64,000 nucleotides of DNA, taken from Oligoflexia bacterium. Lineage in GTDB: Bacteria; Bdellovibrionota; UBA1018. The stretch covers positions 2,055 through 66,054 of the forward strand of contig CAIUGE010000037.1 in assembly GCA_903898645.1 (NCBI GenBank), given 5' to 3'. Shown piece after piece: positions 11,004 through 20,196 of the stretch. The notes beneath the pieces are model-generated. The model worked only from the letters and a program-made list of their open reading frames with translations. It had not been told where the DNA came from and searched no databases. Numbering within the stretch: the first letter of the stretch is position 1; every line of letters starts with the position of its first letter. Made by a program: the position numbers and the translations under genes.

Positions 11004-11858
11004 ATGCGCATTTTATTGCTATGTATTGTTGCAGCGTTTGCAGTTGGACAAGCAGGGGCGGCTGGTAACGCTGATGCGGATCCGGGGGAAGTTCCGTCGC
11101 TAGGAGGGGAGCCGGACTTAGCTGAGATGCGTGCAGGACGAGTGGCTGTAGCGGAAACGTTGAGGCGTAGGTGGGTAGAGCTAGAAGGTCGTCTGTTTGC
11201 TGACATAGATGCCACACGTCAAGCGGAGCCTGTATCGCCAAGAGATGTAGAAGTAATACGGTATGTTGGTGATGTGCCATACTCTGCTTTTACGGGGGTT
11301 GCTCAACAGCCTGCTGCAGAAGTTATTCAAACCACTGTATCCGATGAGGATAAAGCTCTGGCGGCAGCAATTATGGACAGAGTGAGTGCACAGGATTTGT
11401 ATGAATCGGGGGCTGTGAGGCTTCCTGAGATGGTTGTTTATTTCAACAAGTTGCATATTTTCTCTTGTGGTAATGTTTCATTGGACGGCTATCATGCCAA
11501 GGGAGCTAAAGAAAAAGAGAAAGCAATAGCAAGAGCGTTGAGCTTATTGCCGGTTGAGTATGAGATAGAATGTTGCGTGAATGCAGAAAAGGTGTACGTC
11601 AATAGCCTACATGTATGCCAACAATGTGGAGCTTTTGTTAGTCCCGTGGTCGTGCAGGCCTGGAAGAATAAGTGTCCGTACTGTATGAAGGCGCCGTTGT
11701 TGCAGAATGCAAGGTCGACAGTTCTGGCAGAGGAAGATCGGATTATTATTTTGCCACCAGGCACTTTGGCTCGAAGGCGTCCAATGTATGAACCGACATT
11801 TCATCGAGAAGTAGTACGGGTTGTTAATGGTATGCAACAGATTTATCGCTATCCGTGA
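11004..11858 (+). CDS. Secreted protein, paralog A of a triplicated family with a C-terminal Cys-rich zinc-ribbon-like domain (CQQC...CPYC)
   Basis: Signal peptide MRILLLCIVAAFAVGQAGAA is present. The C-terminal approximately 100 aa are near-identical to ORF 12500..13390. Confidence 0.7.
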   Translation: MRILLLCIVAAFAVGQAGAAGNADADPGEVPSLGGEPDLAEMRAGRVAVAETLRRRWVELEGRLFADIDATRQAEPVSPRDVEVIRYVGDVPYSAFTGVAQQPAAEVIQTTVSDEDKALAAAIMDRVSAQDLYESGAVRLPEMVVYFNKLHIFSCGNVSLDGYHAKGAKEKEKAIARALSLLPVEYEIECCVNAEKVYVNSLHVCQQCGAFVSPVVVQAWKNKCPYCMKAPLLQNARSTVLAEEDRIIILPPGTLARRRPMYEPTFHREVVRVVNGMQQIYRYP

Positions 11859-11869
11859 TAGGGATATGT

Positions 11870-12290
11870 AATTTTATAAGTATTGCAACGCCAAAAGTAA
11901 TAGTACAGACTCCTGTCATGAGCATCAATCATAGTGATTACAACATTCGATTACGTGCAATAGAAGCAATTTCTGATGGCCTCAGGCATTTAGGTGCAAT
12001 AAATCAACAGTGCATCGATGGCTTCAGTCTTACAAAAAAATAAAGATACAGAAAGTCTTACGACAAAACTCAGAAGTGGACGACCAAGCGTGTGGTCTCA
12101 AGAAAATGACCAGCAACGTATAAGCGATGTCTTAAAGCCAGCCTCAGAGTTTGAAACTGATTTTTGGACATGTCACCGTCTTGTGCAGTACATCAAAAGA
12201 GATTTCAAGGAGAGATTTCGGGATCAACTATGTGGCGATACTTGCGCAAGGCTGGTTTGATGTATCAATAGCCAGAAAAACAATATAAGG
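11870..12290 (+). pseudogene. IS630/Tc1-mariner-family transposase remnant (N-terminal HTH region, broken into two short frames)
   Basis: ORFs 11855..12043 and 12018..12260 give RLRAIEAI.DG and KLRSGRPSVWSQEN...W.....I.....F patterns. These resemble IS630 transposase N-termini. No DDE domain is present. Confidence 0.45.
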
Positions 12291-12295
12291 AGGCA

Positions 12296-12432
12296 GACCC
12301 GGCAGCACAAGAGAAAATTTTATCATTAATCACGGGCAGGACGTCAAAGTGAGTATTGAGCTTGCGCAACAACGTGCCCTCGCTGGGATTACCTTGCAGA
12401 CAAAAGTAGTGATGCTGGGGTTTGATTCAGGT
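12296..12432. repeat. Duplicated fragment of the murB 3' end plus the murB-downstream intergenic/RBS region
   Basis: Directly visible nucleotide similarity to approximately 10800..11003, e.g. aaattttatcattaatca.gggca ... gtagtgatgctggggtttgattcaggtaga. Confidence 0.8.
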
Positions 12433-12499
12433 AGATGACGTCTGCAAAACATGCTATACACTATGCATTAAATGTACCTGGTGTCATGAGGGGAATAAA

Positions 12500-13390
12500 A
12501 TGCGCATTTTATTGTTATGTATTGCTACAGCGTTTGCAGTTGGACGAGCAGGGGCGGCTGGTGACGCTGATGCGGATCCGGGGGAAGTTCCAGCGCTAGG
12601 AGGGGAACCGGATTCAGCTGAGATGCGTACAAGACAAGTCATTGAGGATGCAAGGCGTATAGTTGCAGTGGCTACAGATGATGTCAGAGCAGCTAGTAGG
12701 GCTGCAGAGGCTTTCGGGTCTGCAGAGGTTGCAATGCGCTCATATATTGAAAGCCTGGGCGGCTTCTTCCGGGCAGGGGAGAGAGGAAGGTTTGTAGCGC
12801 GTGGATACGATGAGCTTCGGGAGCTGTATTACCAATTTGAGTCCGAATGTCATGCAGCGAGGCGTGAAATGCCGGCAGAGGATCTATGGCAGAGATGGAG
12901 TGTTGTTGTGGAGGATCAACAGCCTGCTGTAGAAAGTCAGCTTTCAGCAGAAGCTATTCAAGCCGCTGTAGAAAAAACAAAGCGTGAAGCTCCCGAGTTA
13001 TTAGAGCATAGACTAGCAGCTGCATCCGCTGAGGATAAAGCTCTGGTGGCAGCAATTATGGACAGAGTGAGTCCACAGGATTTCTATGAATCGGGGGCTG
13101 TGAGGCTTCCTGAGATGGTTGTTTATTTCAACAAGTTGCATATTTTCTCTTGTGGTAATGTTTCATTGGACGGCTATCATGCCAAGGGAGCTAAAGAAAA
13201 AGAGAAAGCAATAGTAAGAGCGTTGAGCTTGTTACCGGTTGAGTATGAGGTGGAATGTTGCGTGAGTGCAAAAAAGGTGTACGTCAATAGCCTGCATGTA
13301 TGCCAAGAATGTGAAGCTTTTGTTAGTCCTGTGGTCGTGCAGGCCTGGAAGAATAAGTGTCCGTACTGTATGAAGGAGCCGTTGTTGTAG
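12500..13390 (+). CDS. Secreted protein, paralog B of the Cys-rich C-terminal-domain family
   Basis: ATG at 12500 starts a signal peptide MRILLLCIATAFAVGRAGAA. The track ORF begins at 12422 by read-through. TAG at 13388 corresponds to CAG in paralog A, so B is about 52 aa shorter at the C-terminus. Confidence 0.7.
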   Translation: MRILLLCIATAFAVGRAGAAGDADADPGEVPALGGEPDSAEMRTRQVIEDARRIVAVATDDVRAASRAAEAFGSAEVAMRSYIESLGGFFRAGERGRFVARGYDELRELYYQFESECHAARREMPAEDLWQRWSVVVEDQQPAVESQLSAEAIQAAVEKTKREAPELLEHRLAAASAEDKALVAAIMDRVSPQDFYESGAVRLPEMVVYFNKLHIFSCGNVSLDGYHAKGAKEKEKAIVRALSLLPVEYEVECCVSAKKVYVNSLHVCQECEAFVSPVVVQAWKNKCPYCMKEPLL

Positions 13391-13639
13391 GATGCAAGAT
13401 AGCTTGGGGTAGGGATGAGGAATGTCTGAGTGTTGCAATAAACGCTGACAGAGCTCGAGGGGATATATCGCCAAGACATGAACAAGAAATATCGTATGTT
13501 GGTGATGTGCCATACTCTGCGCTATCAAGATAGGTAGGGGAGCGGCAAGGAATTTCTTTTTTTGAATGACTTCAGACGCATCTTTTGATGATCTAGACAT
13601 ATTGAAATGGGGGATTGTGCATTTTAGAAAGTAGTAAGA

Positions 13640-14110
13640 ATAGTGTTATGTATCTTTTCTCTGGCTCTCTTGGTGGAGCTTTTGCTATGAATACCAGGAT
13701 GTCTTTTGAAGACATCTGCTGCCTCGACGAATCAGTTTCTTGTGCCTGACCTGATGGTTCTTGGTGACTATTGAAAATCTGAGGTACTAAATCATAATTC
13801 CATTATGAATCATTGATGCGCTTGAAAAAAAGCATCTCAGCTCGGTATCTTCCTTCTCATTTTTTGAGTATCTTTAAAAGCTTCTTTGGCGGACCTGCTT
13901 AGCAGGTCACCCAATGCGGCGGTCTGTGTGGTTATGGAGTAGGTGATGCGCAGTTTTCAGAAAAAACTCAAATTTTATCATGAATCACGGGCATGTCTGC
14001 GCCCAGAACGTCAAAGCGCGTATTGAGCTTGCTCAATAACGTTCTCTCGCTATTAAAGTTGCTTTTCAGACGACAGTAGTGATGCTGGGGTTTGATCCAG
14101 TCAGATGTCA
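13640..14110. pseudogene. Degenerate copy of the murB 3' half (non-coding remnant)
   Basis: Nucleotide similarity to murB 10398..10950, e.g. ctctggctctcttggtggagc..gctatgaat and ggtgatgcgcagttttcagaaaaa. Frames are disrupted. Confidence 0.75.
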
Positions 14111-14228
14111 GTCTTGACTTTTGTAAAAACATATAGTGCATAGCAAACGTGCGGTATTCTCATGCATTATAAATAATAATCGGATATATTGTTGATGGCT
14201 TTTTCATTGTTACAACGAGAGGGATGAA

Positions 14229-14918
14229 GTGCACATTTTATTTTTATGTTTTGTCGCAGCGTTTGCAGTCGATCGGGAGGGGTCTGTGCATTCTGAGGTT
14301 CCGTTAGAAGCAGATGGATGGGGAGGGGTGGGGCTTGGTGGAGCTCTGAGCTGGGCTGACGTTGTGGGGCAAGACTCGATGCAGGATGAGGATGAAGCGT
14401 TTCAGGAAGCTGTCAGACAATCAATGGATACGTTGAGCCAGCAACAGCGTATGGAAAGTCAGCATCAAGCATGTAGAATTAAAGCTGCTGCAGAAGTAAT
14501 AAAGCATGCAGCTCCGAAATTATTAGAGCAAAGATTGAAGTCTGCATCAGATGAAGTAAAGTTTTTGGTAGCAGTCATTACTGATAAGGTCAGTCCTGAT
14601 GCTATGTATGGGTTATCGGTCGAGACTCTTTTCGAGATGGCTAGCTACTTGCGTGACGCATTGCATCTTTTTCCGTGTGGAGATGCGGCATTGAAAGAGT
14701 ATCATCACAAGGGAGATGAAAGGAAGATGCAAGCAATCGTGGAGGCGATTGGGTTATTGCCAGTTGAGTACCAGATAGAGTGCCCTATTGAAAGAGACAG
14801 CATATGGGTTGGGGCTGTGTGTTCATGCCAATTTTGCAAGAAGTTTTTTGGTCCAAACGTTGAGAAGTTCTCGAATACTAGGTGCCCATTCTGTAGAGGC
14901 GCTTTGCCTATTCGTTAA
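14229..14918 (+). CDS. Secreted protein, divergent paralog C of the Cys-rich C-terminal-domain family; apparent GTG start
   Basis: N-terminus VHILFLCFVAAFAV aligns to the MRILLLC signal peptides of A and B. The start codon is GTG, and the nearby ATG at 14224 is out of frame. C-terminus ...LLPVEYQIEC...CSCQFC...CPFC is conserved. Confidence 0.6.
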   Translation: MHILFLCFVAAFAVDREGSVHSEVPLEADGWGGVGLGGALSWADVVGQDSMQDEDEAFQEAVRQSMDTLSQQQRMESQHQACRIKAAAEVIKHAAPKLLEQRLKSASDEVKFLVAVITDKVSPDAMYGLSVETLFEMASYLRDALHLFPCGDAALKEYHHKGDERKMQAIVEAIGLLPVEYQIECPIERDSIWVGAVCSCQFCKKFFGPNVEKFSNTRCPFCRGALPIR

Positions 14919-16179
14919 TGCTCGCGGCATCAATATGGGTGCTGTTGTCCAGTTTTAGATGAGTGCCAAGGAGGGTAACTGAAATGTTTTCAGGACGAAA
15001 GAACGCTTTCAGGGCTGCGTTGACCTCGGGATAGGTGATGTTTTTAATCCTATCTTTCTCATGAGCAAAAAAACCTTCTTCTAGACCAAAAACAACTTCA
15101 TGGAGTTTGTTCTCTAGACGTTTGGATGGGGTGTTTGTTTGAAAATCAGCACTTTTGATGAGGCTTTCCTGGGCAAATAAAAATTCGTCCTGACTAATTC
15201 CTTTTTGAATCCAATTGCGAATAAGCTGCCAGGCAAGTTCGTATGCTTCCTGAGTGCGCTTGGTTGCAGGGTAGAGGAATGCCTGCCAGAGGTAGGGTTC
15301 GGTTGCAAACAGGAAGCGGCTTCGTGCGCCGTAGCTCAGTCCGCGATTGACGCGAATTTCTCGCATGAGTGTTGATGAGAACATGCCACCACCAAATGCA
15401 TGGTTGGCAATCATCAGGGGTGCGCTTTTTGTGATAGCAGGGCCTGGGTGCGTGAAGATAATCTGTGATTGGGTGCGCTCTTTTTTATCAATAACAGTCA
15501 TGCTTGGCTGGTATGTACTGGGTGCTGAGGTTTTTGCTTCAAGTGGCACAGATGATAGACCGAGGTTTTTGACCCAGGACTCAATCATATCTTTTTGAAA
15601 ATCGCCTGAAACAAGAATAATAGCATTCTGTGTATGAAGCGTGCGCGCTGAGTGTTGTCTGAGTTGGTCCTGGGTGATGGCTCGTAATGTACTTTTTCGT
15701 CCATAGGCACCATGTCCGTAAGGGTGTTTTTGGCCAAAGGCCGCATGGCTCGAATAACTGAGAGCAAGTGACATGTCGCTATTCTGCTCTTCGTCGAGCT
15801 GTGCAATCATTTCATCGCGAAGTATGGTGCATTCGTCTTCTTGAAACCTAGGCTGTTCAAGAACATCTTTGATGAGTCTGAGGGATGGTGCTGCGTTGCG
15901 CGAAAGCATGGTTGCATGAAGCGCCGTATAGTCAGCATGTGTTTCGCAAAAAATTGTTGTGCCTAGATCATCAAAAGCGGCACTGAGCTCCTGTCTCGAT
16001 TGTATAATGGTGCCTCGTAGGAGCATCTTGCAGAGAAATGCTGTTATCCCTTCTCGGCCTTGGGGATCACTTGCGTACCCGCCTCGGAATGCAATAGATG
16101 CATGGATGAGTGGGATGGTTGTGTCAAGTTCGGTATGAAGGATCGCTGCCTGCGCAAGCGTTAGAAGAAGTGCTATCAT
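14908..16179 (-). CDS. M16-family peptidase-like protein (non-catalytic partner type), secreted
   Basis: Signal peptide is present. M16 fold pattern with no HxxEH motif. The start overlaps the upstream M16 gene by 4 nt. Confidence 0.6.
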   Translation of the reverse strand: MIALLLTLAQAAILHTELDTTIPLIHASIAFRGGYASDPQGREGITAFLCKMLLRGTIIQSRQELSAAFDDLGTTIFCETHADYTALHATMLSRNAAPSLRLIKDVLEQPRFQEDECTILRDEMIAQLDEEQNSDMSLALSYSSHAAFGQKHPYGHGAYGRKSTLRAITQDQLRQHSARTLHTQNAIILVSGDFQKDMIESWVKNLGLSSVPLEAKTSAPSTYQPSMTVIDKKERTQSQIIFTHPGPAITKSAPLMIANHAFGGGMFSSTLMREIRVNRGLSYGARSRFLFATEPYLWQAFLYPATKRTQEAYELAWQLIRNWIQKGISQDEFLFAQESLIKSADFQTNTPSKRLENKLHEVVFGLEEGFFAHEKDRIKNITYPEVNAALKAFFRPENISVTLLGTHLKLDNSTHIDAASINE

Positions 16180-17519
16180 TTTTTGATCCGTCCTTGAATG
16201 CGGGTGCAGAGCTTTTTTTGGAAAAAGCTTTTGAGGCTCTGCTGTACATCGCTGACTGTGAGTGCTTGCTCCCGTTCGTGGAGGAGGAATGCTTCCTTAT
16301 ACGATTCAGCAAGAATTTCATATTTACCAAGGACGTGAGCAAAACTAGGTGGCGCTTCCATGGCGCCATACCAATCAGCATCAAGAAAATTTTTGGCGCG
16401 GGTAAGCGCGCGAGGTGTGATGCTTAGGTGTCCAAGGAAAGACTCGATAAGTTCGCTAGCTTCAAGCGCCGTGTGCCCCTTTTGGAGATCGACTCCTATG
16501 ATAAAGAGCCCTGGATCGTGGCTTTCGTAGCAGATAGCTTCAGCGCTGCTTGCTATGCCAGGCACAATGAGGAGTTCGCGAAGGAGTGCGCTTTGCCCAC
16601 TTCCGAGCATAACAGCGAGTGTATTGAGTGCTGCCATATGTGCACGGTCTTTTGATGCAGGGATTTTGTAGGCAAGCAGGAGTTTTTCCTGCGGTATAGT
16701 TAAAAACATTGTTTGATCACGAAATGCTGTTTGCACTGGTTCCTGGGTAGTGTGCACTGTGCGTTTTGCTTGAGCTGGAAGAGCGCCATAATATTTTTCA
16801 GCCTTGGCACAGATCTCATTAGGATCAACATTGCCTGTAATAATGATATGTGCATTTTGAGGCTGGTAGTACTTCTTGTAGAAGTTCTGTGCATCGCGCA
16901 CCGTCGTACGGTCGAGGTCCTCTTTGAGGCCTATGACGGGAGTGTGGTAGGGATGTTTTTTGAATGCTGTTTCAAAAAGACGGGCTTGCATGAGTCCATC
17001 AGGGCTATTTTCTGTACGTAAATGTCGTTCGCTATGGACAACGTCAATTTCAGTTGCGAGCGATTCAGTTGTTATGACGAGATGCTTCATTCGGTCTGCC
17101 TCTAATTCCATGATGCGGTCGAGCGCACCTTGAGGGAGCTCTTGAATGTAGGCTGTATAGTCATAGCTTGTGAATGCGTTCATACCCTGGAAGCCATCGC
17201 GCTCCAGGATGTGGTCGAAATGCGGATAGAGCTTGGTGCCCTTGAACATCATATGCTCAAAAAGATGCGCAAGTCCGGTATGGCGTTTTTCCTCCATCCT
17301 GGATCCCACATCAAACCATGTTTGAAAGGCAATAGTGGTGCTACTTTTGTTTGGCGCAACAACAAGCGTGAGCCCGTTTTTGAGTTGCATCCTTGTAATG
17401 GTATTCCAGGTTTCTGTTTTGCAGGCGAGAGCACTTTTGATCAAAAGAAAGAGTATCACCTGATTCATTTTGCATAATTTATTCCCTTTGTCCACAAAGA
17501 AGCGTCGGGGGGCGTCCAT
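16176..17519 (-). CDS. M16-family zinc metallopeptidase (pitrilysin-like), catalytic subunit type
   Basis: Inverted zinc motif HLFEHMMFKGT (HxxEH) is present. Signal peptide MNQVILFLLIKSALA follows an internal Met. Confidence 0.75.
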   Translation of the reverse strand: MDAPRRFFVDKGNKLCKMNQVILFLLIKSALACKTETWNTITRMQLKNGLTLVVAPNKSSTTIAFQTWFDVGSRMEEKRHTGLAHLFEHMMFKGTKLYPHFDHILERDGFQGMNAFTSYDYTAYIQELPQGALDRIMELEADRMKHLVITTESLATEIDVVHSERHLRTENSPDGLMQARLFETAFKKHPYHTPVIGLKEDLDRTTVRDAQNFYKKYYQPQNAHIIITGNVDPNEICAKAEKYYGALPAQAKRTVHTTQEPVQTAFRDQTMFLTIPQEKLLLAYKIPASKDRAHMAALNTLAVMLGSGQSALLRELLIVPGIASSAEAICYESHDPGLFIIGVDLQKGHTALEASELIESFLGHLSITPRALTRAKNFLDADWYGAMEAPPSFAHVLGKYEILAESYKEAFLLHEREQALTVSDVQQSLKSFFQKKLCTRIQGRIKK

Positions 17520-17871
17520 GGGATAGAGAAGGTATTGCGCAGCTTGCTAGAGCGGGAGCATGTTTATTGCATTGTTTTTAGTCAGAAACTTTTTCGCAGC
17601 GTGTAATGCATTCTTTTCTGTTCGTGCTTTCAGTTGCATAGCGCAAGCCTGATTTTACTTTCCATGAGTTGTGTGTAAGTCATTGAGTATCCGTGTAGCG
17701 AAAGCATTTTTGAGGAAGGAATTGTTAAAGTGGCTCCATTGTTTCATCAAAAAATCTCTATCGCTTAGAGGTCTTTCGGCAGTCCCTTTTGTATCAGGCA
17801 TGAGGGATGCCTGATATGCCATGTGCTGCATGTATGTCTGATTTCGCACATCACTTTTTCGTTAATCTGTT

Positions 17872-18846
17872 CTAAGAATGGTTTGTGTGGACGGAGGATG
17901 TCGAAGATGACGGCGTCTTATCATGTGGCAGACAATGAGTGCCCAGATATTTTAGGGCATTTGCAGCATGTATAAATAGCCCCAGTAGTGTAGAAGGTCT
18001 TTTGGCTTCAGGCTTCGGGCCGATTGATGGCGCAGCTGTGTTGACCTGAGGCGTGTTTGCGGCTGCAGGCTTCGGGCCGCTTGATGGCGCCCCTGCGTTG
18101 ACCTTAGGCGGGTTTGCGGCTGCAGGCTGCGCGATCGGTGACGGCCTTGTGCGGACCACCTTAGGCGTTTTTGCGGCTGCAGGCTGCGCGCCGATCAATG
18201 ACTCCCATTCGTCGATCCTGTTTTTCAGCTTTTGTGCATGAATAGCATTTTCATGTTGTTTGGCTAGATAATCAAAAATCACACGCTCAACTATCTGGTT
18301 AACAAGATTGAATTGACCTTTAAGTATTGATTCGTTTAATGACTCCTTAGTAATACCTTGCACACAATCTTTTAATCTTTTTAAAAACTCTTGTTCTGAA
18401 GATATTTTTGTTGCTGTCTGCGGTATGTGAGGTGTCTTGGTTGCCTCGTTTTCTGCTTGCCATAGGGCACGTGCCTCGATTACATCTTCTACTTGCTTGA
18501 GTAGGCTACGTAGCGTAGCTATATTTTCTGCTGTAGGGCCTATCTTTATTAAGGTACTGATTTCTTCTTCCTTCATTTTAAGTAGTCTTTCGGCATATGC
18601 CTTGCTGGGCTCGAAGGATATTGTTCGTGCAGCTACCTTTTCGGATACTTTCTTTTTGATTTCGTCAAAAGCAGGTTGCATCCTTCCTACGTTATCGGCA
18701 GCTTCCTGCGCAATGTCTTTGAGGTCTTGTCTTGTTGAGCCTGCGGCTACTTGTCTCTGCACCCATTCGTTTTGTGCGATGAATATAGCTTCAGACTTGT
18801 TTGTTGAAACGCGTTCTTGCTTGAAGCCGGCCGTAATTTTTTCCAT
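17872..18846 (-). CDS. Hypothetical protein with a K/E-rich (likely coiled-coil) N-terminal part and a C-terminal Pro/Ala-rich tandem-repeat region
   Basis: 324-aa ORF. Its C-terminus is encoded by 54-nt DNA tandem repeats at 18001..18205. Confidence 0.5.
   Translation of the reverse strand: MEKITAGFKQERVSTNKSEAIFIAQNEWVQRQVAAGSTRQDLKDIAQEAADNVGRMQPAFDEIKKKVSEKVAARTISFEPSKAYAERLLKMKEEEISTLIKIGPTAENIATLRSLLKQVEDVIEARALWQAENEATKTPHIPQTATKISSEQEFLKRLKDCVQGITKESLNESILKGQFNLVNQIVERVIFDYLAKQHENAIHAQKLKNRIDEWESLIGAQPAAAKTPKVVRTRPSPIAQPAAANPPKVNAGAPSSGPKPAAANTPQVNTAAPSIGPKPEAKRPSTLLGLFIHAANALKYLGTHCLPHDKTPSSSTSSVHTNHS
18001..18205. repeat. Approximately 3.6 copies of a 54-57-nt tandem repeat (tttgcggctgcaggc...ccttaggcg)
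   Basis: Directly visible in the sequence. It encodes ...AAANPPKVNAGAPSSGPKPAAANTPQVNTAAPSIGPKP... on the minus strand. Confidence 0.85.
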
Positions 18847-18971
18847 AGCATCTTTTTTTAGTATCGCAATTTCCTTTTTTTTATAGTCTTCTTCGTATTC
18901 AATCAGAAACTTCTCCAGTTCCTTGTTGATAGCGGCCTTCTGAGTGGGGTTGTTTGTCCGCCATTTGCTAG

Positions 18972-19265
18972 CTACATTACGCGCAGCCGTTTGGCTGCGT
19001 TTAGAGGCTGTCTTTTAGCTATGCAATCTGCATAAAATTTAGAATAAATTTCAGAATCATCGTATGGTGCGCTAAGCTCATGAAGCTCCTTATTTTCATA
19101 ATTCTGACGTTTTTCCGCTGCCATCTCTGCCGCAGCCTTGATTTCTTCGATGAGTGTCTGAGGTTTTTGTGGAGCTGGTTCATGGGGCCCGGAGGCTATT
19201 GGAGTATATGGAGGTACGGCAATTGCTGTGTGAAAACAAAAAATACAAAATAGTAAAACTTTCAT
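18972..19265 (-). CDS. Small secreted hypothetical protein
   Basis: Signal peptide MKVLLFCIFCFHTAIA is present. It lies 125 nt upstream of the repeat-protein gene. A +1 frame continuing into that gene is open. Confidence 0.4.
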   Translation of the reverse strand: MKVLLFCIFCFHTAIAVPPYTPIASGPHEPAPQKPQTLIEEIKAAAEMAAEKRQNYENKELHELSAPYDDSEIYSKFYADCIAKRQPLNAAKRLRVM

Positions 19266-19340
19266 ATAAGTACCCATAATAATATGCTTGCATGATGCGT
19301 GCCATTTTTTTGAGTAAGGTGTGTTTTTTTTGACGCTATA

Positions 19341-20042
19341 TTAGTTTTCGTAGGGCGATGTATGGTCGAGTGATGGCATGAGCCCTGAGAGGTCTATGCT
19401 CATGGTTTTGTCTCTGCACTGCCTTTTTAGGAGCGCATTTTTTCTGTGGGGCACTCGCTTTTTGCATGGAAGAAGACTGATTTTTTTGCATCTGTCCCAC
19501 TGCTCCTTTATTTGAGGCTCAAGGAATCGTATCTGTTCTGGCATTACTAAGGCAATGACTTTCCCTCCAAGTAGGGCACGTGCTGCTCGTATGGGGGGAT
19601 CATCTTGTTGCGTGAAGCCTGTTTCACAAGGGTCTTTTAGGAGGTTTTGAACACATAAAATAGCTGATTCTCGTAACGTTTTGAGAACTTCCATTTTTAA
19701 CTGTGCAATTCCATAAGCTGCATTGTATGAAGCTGGTTGGCTTTTTTCGATGGGCATTATGCTAACGCAATGTTCGTTTAGTATGCGAAGAGCGCTGTGA
19801 GTTGCATGACTTGCTACTGTTTTTGTAATGCATTTTATGATATTTTTAAGCACCTCTTTTTGAGGTGCCGGCGTTATCGTACACCCAATGCACGAGAGTG
19901 CGCCTTCTGTTTTTGCGAATGCGATCAGTGCTCGCTGGATGTGACTTTGGGGAGGTTCTTGCAAAAGCTCATCTAGGTTTATGGCTTCCTGAGGTGTGGC
20001 AAGGGCTATATGCATGCACAAAATGAGGAAGGGCGCTTTCAT
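19341..20042 (-). CDS. Secreted hypothetical protein with a basic C-terminal tail
   Basis: Signal peptide MKAPFLILCMHIALA is present. The C-terminus carries KKRVPHRKNALLKRQCRDK. Confidence 0.45.
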   Translation of the reverse strand: MKAPFLILCMHIALATPQEAINLDELLQEPPQSHIQRALIAFAKTEGALSCIGCTITPAPQKEVLKNIIKCITKTVASHATHSALRILNEHCVSIMPIEKSQPASYNAAYGIAQLKMEVLKTLRESAILCVQNLLKDPCETGFTQQDDPPIRAARALLGGKVIALVMPEQIRFLEPQIKEQWDRCKKISLLPCKKRVPHRKNALLKRQCRDKTMSIDLSGLMPSLDHTSPYEN

Positions 20043-20196
20043 TGACTCTCTGATGGTACCATTTATTCGTTAATTTGTATCATGCATGATCTGTGACATC
20101 GAAAAGTATCTGCTGTGAAGCGCAACGTGTCATGCTATTCTAAACATTTTTTTCCTCTGTCTGAGGAAGAGTCATATATACATACAAAGTGGGGGG

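Noticed and set aside
18437-18886. Plus-strand 149-aa ORF opposite the repeat protein
   Set aside because: Ser/Leu/Ala low-complexity mirror image of the K/E-rich minus-strand frame. The minus-strand protein is more plausible.
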